From an uncultured Alphaproteobacteria bacterium (GTDB lineage: Bacteria; Pseudomonadota; Alphaproteobacteria; RF32; CAG-239), in contig CALXUP010000006.1 in assembly GCA_944391715.1 (NCBI GenBank), positions 1,895 to 65,894 on the forward strand: a DNA stretch of 64,000 bases, read 5' to 3'. The notes beneath the pieces are model-generated. The model had not been told where the DNA came from. It did no database searches and worked only from the letters and a program-made list of their open reading frames with translations. This document shows positions 9,203-18,128 of this stretch, piece by piece (position 1 is the first letter of the stretch; each line of letters opens with the position of its first letter). The translations under genes were made by a program, and so were the position numbers.

Positions 9203-9603
9203 TCTTTTTCTCCTAAAGCATATCTAAAAGTAACACTGTTGGCCTGTACACCATTATAAACAAAAACCTGGCCCTTGCCGATGTAGAACATTCCCCTGCC
9301 TGTATCTGCACTTGTTTTGGGAATTCCACTGTTGAAAATGGTATTTGTTCTGGCCGTATCATCATACATCAAAGCCTGTCCATAAACATTTGAACCATCT
9401 TGACCGATTTGGATGTAGCCGTTTGCAGGAGCCTGAAAATTTGCCTGAGGCGCTAAAGATACGGATATCGTTCTGTTACTCGGCGCAACGCCGGACAAGA
9501 GTGTGCTCCGTCCTGTTTCACTGAGATTTGCCAAATCAACATCCGCTTTGTTGTTCAGCGCCTCGAGAACCTGTCCCGGTTCATAATCTACCTGTTCCGA
9601 CAT
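9199..9603 (-). CDS. hypothetical phage tail protein
   Basis: 134 aa. Start overlaps the stop of the tail fibre gene. Gly/Asn/Ser-rich, beta-like composition. Confidence 0.4.
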   Translation of the reverse strand: MSEQVDYEPGQVLEALNNKADVDLANLSETGRSTLLSGVAPSNRTISVSLAPQANFQAPANGYIQIGQDGSNVYGQALMYDDTARTNTIFNSGIPKTSADTGRGMFYIGKGQVFVYNGVQANSVTFRYALGEKE

Positions 9604-11231
9604 TAGTTTTCTCCTTCTGCATAGTAAAATCTGAATCTGTTCAACGTTCCGCCACAGTCATAATAAGCCGTAAAAACATCGTCTTTTTTTACGGCGAGAC
9701 TGACAACTGCATTTGTTGATGCTGTCGGGACACAACAACGATAAGCCGTTTTTCCTTCCAAGCTTACAAACTGATTGGCGGCGTTTGACGTTTTGGATAA
9801 TACGACCCAGCCGTTGGCCGGTGCCGTATAAGACGCTCCGCTGGCCTGCAGCGCTAAATCCGTATATTTTTCGGATGCCATCGGTAATGAAGAAAGTAAG
9901 ACTTTTCCGGCTGCCGATAAATTGCCGCAATCAGAATCCACCTTGTCGTTCAGACTTTCCGCAATCTCTCCGACATCAATCAGATTGTCGTTTTTTATCG
10001 TATTACCGACAAAGAAGTAGAGATACATCTCTACCGCCCGCTGCTGAACCGATGCCCCGTCCTGATAGGCAGAAGAACAACGAGAAGCATCAAATTCAAT
10101 ATTCCCTTGCGAGTTGCTAAATACTTGCAACCCCGTTCCTCCTTGGCCGCTATATGCTTTTTGATAAAATCCTCCTGAAATACGATTCAATGCCGTATAA
10201 TTTGTTGAAAAAGCACCCGTGATGTTTGGCAAACTTTCAGGCACATAAGCTCCAACGTTGTTACGACTGCCGACGAAGCCCCATTTTGTCCGGGGAAGCT
10301 TGAAACGTCCGTTTTCCGTATCCAGAATATAATACCACGCCACACCGGTACTTTCATATAATGCGGCGATATTTTCTGCCTGCTCCGGTGCGCAGATTTT
10401 ATAGCCTTTGGGCGTTTTCTTATAAGTAATTGCAATATTGTCGACGGTATCCGTTGTTTCTGCAGATGCCTCATCGGCATATTGGGAAGCCAATTCATTA
10501 TACGCGGCAAAATATACGCCGCCGTCCTGCCAGCTGAACGTATCCGCCCGCAGCCAGCTTGCCGACTCCGGTTTATGATCAAACCAGGCCGGTTGAAAAA
10601 GTTCATAGCCGACATCGGCATTTTCAGCGGCAACTTTGGCTTCTCCCGCCCAATATTCCGAGCTGCCTTCCGGTTGTTCTTCAATCGTACCGACCGCCCA
10701 TTTTCTGGCAGTTTCTACAAGACCGGCAGCCGTCTCCGCCGAATCAGAAGCATTTAACGCGCTGCTTTCTGCCTGTGCGGCAAATGACGAGGCAGAAACT
10801 GACGAATTCTGAGCATTTTCTGCACTGGCAGCAGCATTTCCGGCGGCAGTTTCGGCTTCGGAAACAATTGTTTCAAGCTGAGGCTTTATTGTTTCGTCAG
10901 CGTATTGCTGCAGTGCCGGTTCGGCCGTGTTCTCGACATAAATATTTATTTCCGCTTTTGCCGTTTCTATATCTTCGGCAGTTTTTTCGGAAATCTTTTC
11001 GATGTTTTTACCGGTATGTTCGGAAACCTCCTGTTTTTTTGTTTGGGTATAGTCATCCAACTCCGGCTTGGCATGGTTATTGACATAAGCCTGAATCTCT
11101 TCTTCACCCGACTTGATATAAAAAAGAGGCACGTTGATATCCAACTGTACCTCTTCCTGGAACAAGACTTCAATCTTCTGTCCGGTTCCGTTAAAAACGG
11201 TAATGCCGTTTTCTTCATTTACAAAACTCAT
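9603..11231 (-). CDS. phage tail fibre protein
   Basis: 542 aa. N-terminal helical repeats (ISEKTAEDIETAKAEINIYVENTAEPALQQYADETIKPQLETIVSEAETAAGNAAASAENAQNS) typical of fibre shafts. C-terminal Gly/Ser/Asn-rich beta region with an LPNITG motif shared with the tail-collar protein. Confidence 0.7.
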   Translation of the reverse strand: MSFVNEENGITVFNGTGQKIEVLFQEEVQLDINVPLFYIKSGEEEIQAYVNNHAKPELDDYTQTKKQEVSEHTGKNIEKISEKTAEDIETAKAEINIYVENTAEPALQQYADETIKPQLETIVSEAETAAGNAAASAENAQNSSVSASSFAAQAESSALNASDSAETAAGLVETARKWAVGTIEEQPEGSSEYWAGEAKVAAENADVGYELFQPAWFDHKPESASWLRADTFSWQDGGVYFAAYNELASQYADEASAETTDTVDNIAITYKKTPKGYKICAPEQAENIAALYESTGVAWYYILDTENGRFKLPRTKWGFVGSRNNVGAYVPESLPNITGAFSTNYTALNRISGGFYQKAYSGQGGTGLQVFSNSQGNIEFDASRCSSAYQDGASVQQRAVEMYLYFFVGNTIKNDNLIDVGEIAESLNDKVDSDCGNLSAAGKVLLSSLPMASEKYTDLALQASGASYTAPANGWVVLSKTSNAANQFVSLEGKTAYRCCVPTASTNAVVSLAVKKDDVFTAYYDCGGTLNRFRFYYAEGEN

Positions 11232-11235
11232 TTTT

Positions 11236-11586
11236 TTACTCCGTTACTTCCGGGGTGATACGAAAAACCGCAACCTTGTTTACATCGCCGGGATATACCG
11301 TATGGATATCGCCGGTTTTTAACTTTATCTGGATATCGGTTTTGTAATCACCGGGTGTGATATTGGTATCGGCAGGCAAAAGTTTCAGCCGCACTTTGCC
11401 GCCCGAGACATCAAAAATCTCACCGGACTTGCTAAACAAAACTTTTTCTTCATTATTCCTGACCGTCATTTTAACGGTACAATCCGTCAAATCCCACGGC
11501 TTGTCGTCCGTTCGGAACTGCAGCACGATATCAAAACTGTCGCCTTTGCGAACAATTATCATATTGGGCAAAATCACTCCTGCCAT
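11236..11586 (-). CDS. hypothetical phage tail/baseplate protein
   Basis: 116 aa between the tail-collar and tail-fibre genes. No recognisable motif. Confidence 0.4.
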   Translation of the reverse strand: MAGVILPNMIIVRKGDSFDIVLQFRTDDKPWDLTDCTVKMTVRNNEEKVLFSKSGEIFDVSGGKVRLKLLPADTNITPGDYKTDIQIKLKTGDIHTVYPGDVNKVAVFRITPEVTE

Positions 11587-11587
11587 T

Positions 11588-12382
11588 TTAGTCCTCCTTT
11601 GCTTTAATAAAGTAGTTTACGGCCTGGTTAACCGGCGTAACATGGCCCGATTTGCCGTAAATCGCAGAAGAGCGCGCGGCATCAAAAGACACTGGTACGC
11701 GTCCGGTGCCATCCCAACCACCACCGGCGCTGAACTGGATTTTATTATTGACGCCGGAATCAATCTTCAATGCTCCGGAATAAGCATCCGGTCCACCATC
11801 CCATTTGGCCTGAGCCAGCTGTGCCGAACCGGTAATATTCGGCAGACCTTCTTCCTGCGTGGTATAAACGTCTTCGGCAGAATTACCGCCCAAACCGCGC
11901 AGAAACTTGCCGCGATAATCCGGAATATTAAAAGTCGTCACGCCGTCACCGGCACCGAAATTTGTTCCGACAAGCTCAAACAAGTCGGCATAATCCGTCC
12001 GGCTGACGGCCTGTCCGTCGCATAAAAGCCAGTTTCCGTGATTGGCCGTCTGCAAAGAGGCTTTGATATCGCCTAAGTTCATATTATCGTTCAGGATATC
12101 TTTGATTTCCGTTTTCAGCTCATCGAGCTTGTCCAGCACCTGTTTGCGGTTGACGGCATCATAATCCAGTGCGCCGTTGGCCAGGTTTTTTATTTGAAAA
12201 TTGCCGGCGTCGATATTACCGCGCATTGCAACGCGACCGTCTCGCAAAAAGGTCTGCGACAACCCTTCGGCAAGGTTATTGTCTTCTTCATCATGGTGGT
12301 CGGTTACAATATCAATGTCATTTATCCGGTCGTCTTCCCAACTGTGAATCCGGGTAAAATTTCCTTCACTGTCAAAAGGCAT
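11588..12382 (-). CDS. phage tail-collar-domain protein (short tail fibre-like)
   Basis: 264 aa. Contains the Phage_tail_collar-type motif LLCDGQAVSRTDYADLFELVGTNFGAGDGVTTFNIPDYRGKFLRG. GLPNITG motif. Confidence 0.75.
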   Translation of the reverse strand: MPFDSEGNFTRIHSWEDDRINDIDIVTDHHDEEDNNLAEGLSQTFLRDGRVAMRGNIDAGNFQIKNLANGALDYDAVNRKQVLDKLDELKTEIKDILNDNMNLGDIKASLQTANHGNWLLCDGQAVSRTDYADLFELVGTNFGAGDGVTTFNIPDYRGKFLRGLGGNSAEDVYTTQEEGLPNITGSAQLAQAKWDGGPDAYSGALKIDSGVNNKIQFSAGGGWDGTGRVPVSFDAARSSAIYGKSGHVTPVNQAVNYFIKAKED

Positions 12383-12388
12383 TTTTCC

Positions 12389-12425
12389 TCCTTATATAAA
12401 AAAAGCCGCTCCGGCATCATGCAAG
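12389..12425 (-). terminator. rho-independent terminator downstream of the needle-like gene
   Basis: Minus strand: agccgctcttgcatgatgccggagcggct followed by TTTTTTT. Confidence 0.5.
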
Positions 12426-12450
12426 AGCGGCTGAAGTTACACCAAAAATT

Positions 12451-13323
12451 TTAAGCTGCGGCCAGAGCATAGTTGACGTGCAGCAAGCCATATTCGTCCT
12501 GCATAACGGCTTCCGGGCGGTATTCCGCGACCTCTTGCGCAATCAGCCCGATTTGCGGAATATCTTCACCGATATAGTTGAACAAATATACGGTCAGGCC
12601 GTTATCCAATCTGCCGACCGGAATGATGTTTTCCTTCACTCTGGCATCAGAGAACATTGCCATGGCCGCTCCGCTCAGAAACTGATTACCCAGGGCATAT
12701 TGACCTGCCGAATTTGCAGCTTTGTTCTGAGCAATGCGAGAATCTGCCCCGAACTGGGCTTGATATTTTGCCAGGGCAACATCATCGCCGCTCATTGAAT
12801 TGGATATTAACTGCAAAATTTCGTTTACCGGATACTGCCGGGCGGCATTTGAGAAATTTCCGGCCCGAATAGAATCCGACAAGCTGTTGCTAAAAGCCTG
12901 TTGTCCTTGTAAAACGCTGTTATAAGCAGCCTGGTTCAGAGCATCATTCTGTTGCTGATACATTGAGTTCATGGCATTTTGATAAGCTTCGCTGCCTACG
13001 CTTAAGCCCTGATTTTGCAGACGGGTTTCCAGTTGGCGTTGCTGTTGCTCAAATTGCGGCGTCAACCTGCTGACATATGAATTATATGTTGCATTTTCTG
13101 CCCGCTGCCGGGCCGCATCCGAAGCATCTACCGAATAAACATAATCCGGCCGGCTGCTCAGCGTCTGCGATAAATTGTAGGCGCTTTGGTTCAAATTGTT
13201 GAGTGTATTGTCAACCAAAGACGTGTCTTTATTATTGAGATAATTCAGGTATTCCCGTTCGGAAGCGTACATCGACGTGCTGGCGCCGCCGCCCCCGAGC
13301 AGTTTTCCGATGCTTTTACTCAT
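12451..13323 (-). CDS. coiled-coil tail-needle/fibre-like protein with C-terminal peptidase S74 intramolecular chaperone domain
   Basis: 290 aa. Residues ~20-220 are Q/N/S-rich alpha-helical (coiled-coil-like). The C-terminus SDARVKENIIPVGRLDNGLTVYLFNYIGEDIPQIGLIAQEVAEYRPEAVMQDEYGLLHVNYALA matches the S74 auto-cleaving chaperone domain (SDxRxKxNI...GxIAQEV). The start has an in-frame TAA immediately upstream and a GGAG RBS. Confidence 0.7.
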   Translation of the reverse strand: MSKSIGKLLGGGGASTSMYASEREYLNYLNNKDTSLVDNTLNNLNQSAYNLSQTLSSRPDYVYSVDASDAARQRAENATYNSYVSRLTPQFEQQQRQLETRLQNQGLSVGSEAYQNAMNSMYQQQNDALNQAAYNSVLQGQQAFSNSLSDSIRAGNFSNAARQYPVNEILQLISNSMSGDDVALAKYQAQFGADSRIAQNKAANSAGQYALGNQFLSGAAMAMFSDARVKENIIPVGRLDNGLTVYLFNYIGEDIPQIGLIAQEVAEYRPEAVMQDEYGLLHVNYALAAA

Positions 13324-13385
13324 TTATTTTCTCCTTTTATGATTTATTAAAATTATGGCGCCGGATTGCCGGCATAAAAAAAGAG
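13290..13385. repeat. copy A of a ~95 bp promoter/RBS/5'-coding module (MSKSIGKLLGG)
   Basis: Near-identical (about 3 mismatches) to 15319-15415. Includes the ccggcaatccggcgcc hairpin, RBS ggagaaaataa and the first 11 codons. Confidence 0.6.
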
Positions 13386-13429
13386 GAAAGATAAACATCT
13401 TTCCTCTATGAAATCAAACCTATGTTCTG

Positions 13430-13726
13430 TTATTTTACTTCTTTATCACTGAAAACGGCAAGCGGTTTTAAGATTATTGTCAGCGGGATGACAAACAGAA
13501 ATGCCGTTTCTATACTATACGGAATAAGCAGAAAACGGGGATCGTATATATAGACGATTAAAAACGGCGTCGTTAAAATGGTCAGCGTTTTGTACAGCCT
13601 GGCCGAATCTGAAATAAAATATTGAAAAATCCGCTGCAGCATAAATATCAGCAACGTTGCTTCAAATAAAAAACTAATCAGCAGCCCAAAGCTCCAAAAA
13701 CTTGCTATTTCTTTAATTATCTGCAT
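13430..13726 (-). CDS. small 3-TM membrane protein (holin candidate)
   Basis: ~98 aa from MQIIKEIASFWSFGLLISFLFEATLLIFML...; three hydrophobic segments. AT-rich. Lies between the GH108 muramidase gene and the needle gene. Confidence 0.4.
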   Translation of the reverse strand: MQIIKEIASFWSFGLLISFLFEATLLIFMLQRIFQYFISDSARLYKTLTILTTPFLIVYIYDPRFLLIPYSIETAFLFVIPLTIILKPLAVFSDKEVK

Positions 13727-14104
13727 TTTTATCACTCTTTTTGTTGGCCGTAAAACGGAACATACTCGGAACAACCGCACCAACCACCCCGTACAAAAAA
13801 CCAAAAGAAAAAGTCGGGCTTAGGCAGCCGAAGATTATACCGCAGGTCAGTAATGAAAAAATGTTTGCTCAGACTTCCGGATTTTTTAATTTATACCGTT
13901 TTAAAATGTTCTGAAATATATGTACTAACAGTAATACCCAGATTATCCAGTGAATAATTGATGGCATGATTATCCCCTATTGCACTCATATTATTTCCTT
14001 ATAAAAATTTAATATCCAAACTATTATGACATTTGCATTTAATTAAACTTTTGCTGTTATTACATTAGAATAGTAGATTTTAGCAAGTTAATTTGAGGAT
14101 AAAA

Positions 14105-14554
14105 ATGAACAAAAATATCTTGCGTATTTTAGCGGTGTTACTTCTTCTTAATTGTTGTAACATGCAAGAAGAGAACAAAATTTTAAGTTACGGTGAAAAG
14201 CAAGCCGCTCAGATTAGTTTTCAATGTTGGGAAAAAGCTTTTGAAAACAATCCGACATCTACGACTGGCAATATTTCGGCTGGAATAAAAGCAAATGAGT
14301 GTATGGATCAACAGATATACCAGCTTCTTGATTCCGAATTTACTCAGGAAACGCAAGCAGCCATGACGGCAAGATATAATGCAATTCGTCAGCAGATTCT
14401 TGATTTTTATTGGGATTTAAGAAATGACAACAAATATTGCATTCCGTCTTGTGGCACAATGCAACAAATATTTAATCGCGGTGATTGGTTCAAATTTCAA
14501 GAAAAAATATTAGGTGCCTTGCTTGATTTACAAAAAAACCAAGATGCGTTCTAG
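14105..14554 (+). CDS. secreted/lipoprotein-like Cys-containing helical protein (possible DUF1311/LprI-like lysozyme-inhibitor fold; speculative)
   Basis: RBS gaggat; signal-like N-terminus MNKNILRILAVLLLLNCC. Six Cys. Opposite strand to all neighbouring phage genes. AT-rich. Confidence 0.45.
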   Translation: MNKNILRILAVLLLLNCCNMQEENKILSYGEKQAAQISFQCWEKAFENNPTSTTGNISAGIKANECMDQQIYQLLDSEFTQETQAAMTARYNAIRQQILDFYWDLRNDNKYCIPSCGTMQQIFNRGDWFKFQEKILGALLDLQKNQDAF

Positions 14555-14601
14555 ATAAAAAATTACTTCAAACGCATCTTGTATTAACTTTTTGATAAGC
14601 T

Positions 14602-15351
14602 TTATTCCATTCTTAATCTGTTGATTCTTGGAATTAGGCCTCTATAGTTTGGTCTTTTTTGTTTGGCCTCTTCAATTCTTTTTTCTAGAACATAATTATT
14701 AATCAAAGCAACTGTATTTTCATCAATATAATTTAAACTATTTATTGTTTGACTCCCCAAAATACCGTCTTCACTTACAGTATTATGACTATAAAGATTA
14801 ATCCCTTCTTGAAGCCATTTTGTAATATCCTTCGGACTATGATTGACATAGCTATCAAACATTGTTTCCGCCAACTTTTCATTTTGAATTTCATTTATTC
14901 GATATGCATCGTAGTAATCGTTTTTATAAATGATATCAATATGATGTTGAGTTAAATCTTTTATATCGTTAGGAAATGTCTCTCTATAGTGCGGATGAGC
15001 CCTTAAAAAACGATTTAACGTCGGCTGTATAATTCCAGTATGCGTCCTTTGATCTATTTTCGCTAAGTTATCTTCATATCCTATCCCTTCAACTTCTGGG
15101 CTCTTTAAATTTCTAACAAATTTTTCAAAACGAGAAGGAAAATATTCAGTGTTTCTTCTCTCTTGTGGTATGTATGATATATTTTGTTCTTGATATAATG
15201 ACTGTCCCCAGGCCGGTGTCGGTTCAATGTAAGATTGTTCATTTTTCCCGAATAGTTCAAAATAATTTACCTGCCGATCTTTGTTAAAATTGTTCTCAAT
15301 CGGCATTGGCTCATATTTACCACCAAGCAGTTTTCCGATGCTTTTACTCAT
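14602..15351 (-). CDS. GH108-family muramidase with C-terminal PG_binding_3-like domain (endolysin or virion-associated lysin) carrying a 70-aa N-terminal extension
   Basis: 249 aa. Residues ~75-235 follow the GH108/PG_binding_3 pattern: EVEGIGYEDN...THTGIIQPTL (cf. EGGYxxDPxDPGGxTxxGIT), IIYKNDYYDAYRINEI (cf. IYxxxYWD), MFDSYVNHSPKDITKWLQ (cf. FDxAVNxGxxxAxKxLQ), DGILGSQTINSLNYI (cf. DGxxGxxTxxAL). The first 11 aa are identical to the needle-like protein. Confidence 0.6.
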   Translation of the reverse strand: MSKSIGKLLGGKYEPMPIENNFNKDRQVNYFELFGKNEQSYIEPTPAWGQSLYQEQNISYIPQERRNTEYFPSRFEKFVRNLKSPEVEGIGYEDNLAKIDQRTHTGIIQPTLNRFLRAHPHYRETFPNDIKDLTQHHIDIIYKNDYYDAYRINEIQNEKLAETMFDSYVNHSPKDITKWLQEGINLYSHNTVSEDGILGSQTINSLNYIDENTVALINNYVLEKRIEEAKQKRPNYRGLIPRINRLRME

Positions 15352-15415
15352 TTATTTTCTCCTTTTATGATTTGTTAAAATTATGGCGCCGGATTACCAG
15401 CATAAAAAAAGAGGA
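15319..15415. repeat. copy B of the ~95 bp promoter/RBS/5'-coding module (MSKSIGKLLGG)
   Basis: See copy A (13290-13385). Confidence 0.6.
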
Positions 15416-15447
15416 AGGCTCTCACCCTCCTCCCGTTTATGGTGCCG

Positions 15448-15867
15448 TTACAAATAACGGCATTCCCTTTTTAACATACCGAAAAGAATGCAATCCCCGC
15501 CGTTTTCTCGATAAGCCCGCAATCTTCCTTCTTCGCGAAAGCCAAGCTTTCTGACAAAATTCAGGCAAGGCAGGTTATCGTCCGCGACCATCAGGCTTAT
15601 TCTTTGGCAATGCAAATCTTTAAAAGCGACGCCGAAAATGTATTTCAGCACCCTTTTGGTACACCAGCGTTTATCCGTGCTGAAGATTGTCCACCAGACA
15701 TCTGTATTTTTGCGGTAGTCATGAAAAATCAGTCCGCCGATCATTTTGCCGTTCCGGGAAAAACCGCAGGTATAATTTTCTCCGCACCATTGGGTATCTT
15801 CTCCCAAACCAAAGCAAACCCAGTCTTTAATGACGCCGCATTCATCGTGGATGATTTCCGTTTCCAT
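15448..15867 (-). CDS. GNAT-family N-acetyltransferase (RimJ/RimL-like)
   Basis: RBS aaggag + ATG (METEIIHDECG...). C-terminal acetyl-CoA-binding region KRVLKYIFGVAFKDLHCQRISLMVADDNLPCLNFVRKLGFREEGRLRAY is typical of GNAT. Confidence 0.7.
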   Translation of the reverse strand: METEIIHDECGVIKDWVCFGLGEDTQWCGENYTCGFSRNGKMIGGLIFHDYRKNTDVWWTIFSTDKRWCTKRVLKYIFGVAFKDLHCQRISLMVADDNLPCLNFVRKLGFREEGRLRAYRENGGDCILFGMLKRECRYL

Positions 15868-15880
15868 GGATTTTCTCCTT

Positions 15881-17440
15881 TTACAAGATACCGCTGCCGG
15901 ACTCGTAACGAAAACCGGTATCATACCATTCAATCAGGTTTCCCCTGGTTTTGGTCTGAAAAACAAGGCTGATTTTGAAGCCGGTTGCCGAACAGCCAAT
16001 CCACTGGCTGCGGATTTTTCCTTTCAGCGTTGCCCATTTGGTGCCGATCGGATTGTCCAGGCTGCTCCAGGCCGCAGTGTTCCATTTGGTCACACCGGAA
16101 TAACCGATATTTTCGGCATAGGCCTTATCTTTGTCATCAAAATCCACATTGGCATAAACAACCAACGCATATTTGGTGCTTGACTTTGTACGCGGATTAA
16201 TCATTTGAATTTTCTTCAAATTTCCATTACCGAGATTTGTATAGGCCTGAGCTATTTTGCCAAAGATATGGACTTTATTGTCCGAATAGCCTTCGTCAAA
16301 CAGATAGACGCCGTCTTCCCCGCCGAAATACAGGCGCCCCTGAAACAGCCCCCAGCACAAGGCGCGGATATTGGTAAAACGGCACCAGGCGCCGGTATTG
16401 GTATTGATAACGTGCTGTTCAAACTGCTGGTTGACCGGAACGTTAAACAAAGCATATCCGCCGCGGCCGTAGATAATCCCCTGCCAGCCCTCTTTTCCCT
16501 TGTTGTTTCTGGTTCTGTCCAGCACCAAGCCCCTGATTTTATCGGAAAAGGCAATCTGAGACGCATTGGCCTGTTCCAGCGGAAGCGCCTTTGACAGCGG
16601 AATATAACCGTCTTCCGAAATAATGACAACATCTCCCTGATAAGGCAAAAGGCAGCGATAGCCTATCGGACGGCTCATCCGAAAAACGCCTTTCAACTCC
16701 CAATCGCCGGCATCTCCGGGATCCGAACCGCGATAAACGGCCGCTTCGCCTTCCGACGTGATAAAAACCGTCAGATCGTCAATTCCCTGCCCGCCGTCCT
16801 GTGTCCAGGAGGCGATTGCCATAAGTTCTCCGCCGTCGCGAAAAATTGTTGAAAGGTCAAATTTGACCAAGGTTCCCTGCACTTCTCCCACACCCTCGGA
16901 ATACCAGGCATTGAGCGTGCCTTTCTCGACAAAGAAAAGCCGCTGGTGCGACGTACAAACGTTAATCAGCCGCTGCGGCAGCAAATTGGTGCCGGAAAAA
17001 GAGGCGTCTTCAAAATGTTCGTCGCCGTTGTCATCAACATAAAACGTCTGCGGCTTGTCATATCCGTTGACCAGCAGCAGACGATTTTTGAACTGGCAAT
17101 ACTGCCAGCGCCCTTCGCCGAAATCTTTTTTATAATCCTTTATGGCAGCCTTGGAAGAAATATTATAAACCGTGGAACCGGCAAAAGCCAAAAAGCGGTT
17201 TTCATCGGGCAATTTGTATTCCGCCAGCGTCCGGACTTTTCCATCCAGCGCCGCATAACGGACATAACCGCGGCGCAAAGCAACTTTGGTATCCAGCGGG
17301 AGATAATTGTCCATGACGACGGCATCGGTTTCTGACATCAAATCCAGGCTGTCGCGGGCGTTTAATCCGCCAATCGGGCTGGGCAGCGTGTAGTTGACCG
17401 ATTTGGCGCTGCGGTTAATTGTTCTTTGCTGCATTGACAT
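15881..17440 (-). CDS. large phage virion/tail protein (P22 gp10-like position)
   Basis: ~519 aa from MSMQQRTINRSAKSVNYTLPSPIGGLNARD with an aggag RBS. The longer ORF-track N-terminus lacks an RBS and overlaps the upstream gene. Assigned by position after the 237-aa protein. Confidence 0.5.
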   Translation of the reverse strand: MSMQQRTINRSAKSVNYTLPSPIGGLNARDSLDLMSETDAVVMDNYLPLDTKVALRRGYVRYAALDGKVRTLAEYKLPDENRFLAFAGSTVYNISSKAAIKDYKKDFGEGRWQYCQFKNRLLLVNGYDKPQTFYVDDNGDEHFEDASFSGTNLLPQRLINVCTSHQRLFFVEKGTLNAWYSEGVGEVQGTLVKFDLSTIFRDGGELMAIASWTQDGGQGIDDLTVFITSEGEAAVYRGSDPGDAGDWELKGVFRMSRPIGYRCLLPYQGDVVIISEDGYIPLSKALPLEQANASQIAFSDKIRGLVLDRTRNNKGKEGWQGIIYGRGGYALFNVPVNQQFEQHVINTNTGAWCRFTNIRALCWGLFQGRLYFGGEDGVYLFDEGYSDNKVHIFGKIAQAYTNLGNGNLKKIQMINPRTKSSTKYALVVYANVDFDDKDKAYAENIGYSGVTKWNTAAWSSLDNPIGTKWATLKGKIRSQWIGCSATGFKISLVFQTKTRGNLIEWYDTGFRYESGSGIL

Positions 17441-18128
17441 ATACTCCTTCTGCCGCCGGATTAAAAACCATACCGGCAAGGTTAATATCGCGGGAGGCCA
17501 GGCCGCTGCCGAATTTGGCTTTGACTTCGCGCTCGTATTCGTTAAATTCTTCTTCATACGGCATACCGTTGCGCCGGTTCCAGCGCCAGACAATGCCTTT
17601 TTTGACCAGAAATTCATCAAAAACAGGAACATCGGTATTTTTAGTCAGTTCGGATTTTTCCTCGTAGCCGTTTGCCGCATCAAACACAATGTTTGACGAG
17701 CGATACTGAAAAACAATCTTAATCCCGTCGGGCGGCGGCGTCAGAAATTTTATCATTCCGTTTTGGATTTTGAACTTCAGACCGGCATCGGGGCAGTTGA
17801 AATATTTTTCACGCATCCAATCCTGCGGGGTGATGGCGCCGATAACTTTTTCCGCGCTGTCTTTGATATAGACCGTATTATTCAATATAGAATAAAAATC
17901 GGGGCAAAACTGTTTGATAAGATAAGAACTACGGCCGCCGGAAGTGCGCAAAACGCCCTCCTTGGTCAGTTCCTGCCAATCGCCATAGCGCAACAGGCTG
18001 TCCAAAGTATCTTTGGCAACACTTAAAAATACAGCCTCCTGTTGAGAATCTTCATTAAACAAGTCTTCCGGCTTTTGAGCCGCAACAAGGCTTGCCGCCT
18101 CACGGCAGATTTCAAGCATATTCTTCAT
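17415..18128 (-). CDS. hypothetical phage virion protein
   Basis: 237 aa, GC-normal, within the morphogenesis operon. No motif recognised. Confidence 0.45.
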   Translation of the reverse strand: MKNMLEICREAASLVAAQKPEDLFNEDSQQEAVFLSVAKDTLDSLLRYGDWQELTKEGVLRTSGGRSSYLIKQFCPDFYSILNNTVYIKDSAEKVIGAITPQDWMREKYFNCPDAGLKFKIQNGMIKFLTPPPDGIKIVFQYRSSNIVFDAANGYEEKSELTKNTDVPVFDEFLVKKGIVWRWNRRNGMPYEEEFNEYEREVKAKFGSGLASRDINLAGMVFNPAAEGVYVNAAKNN

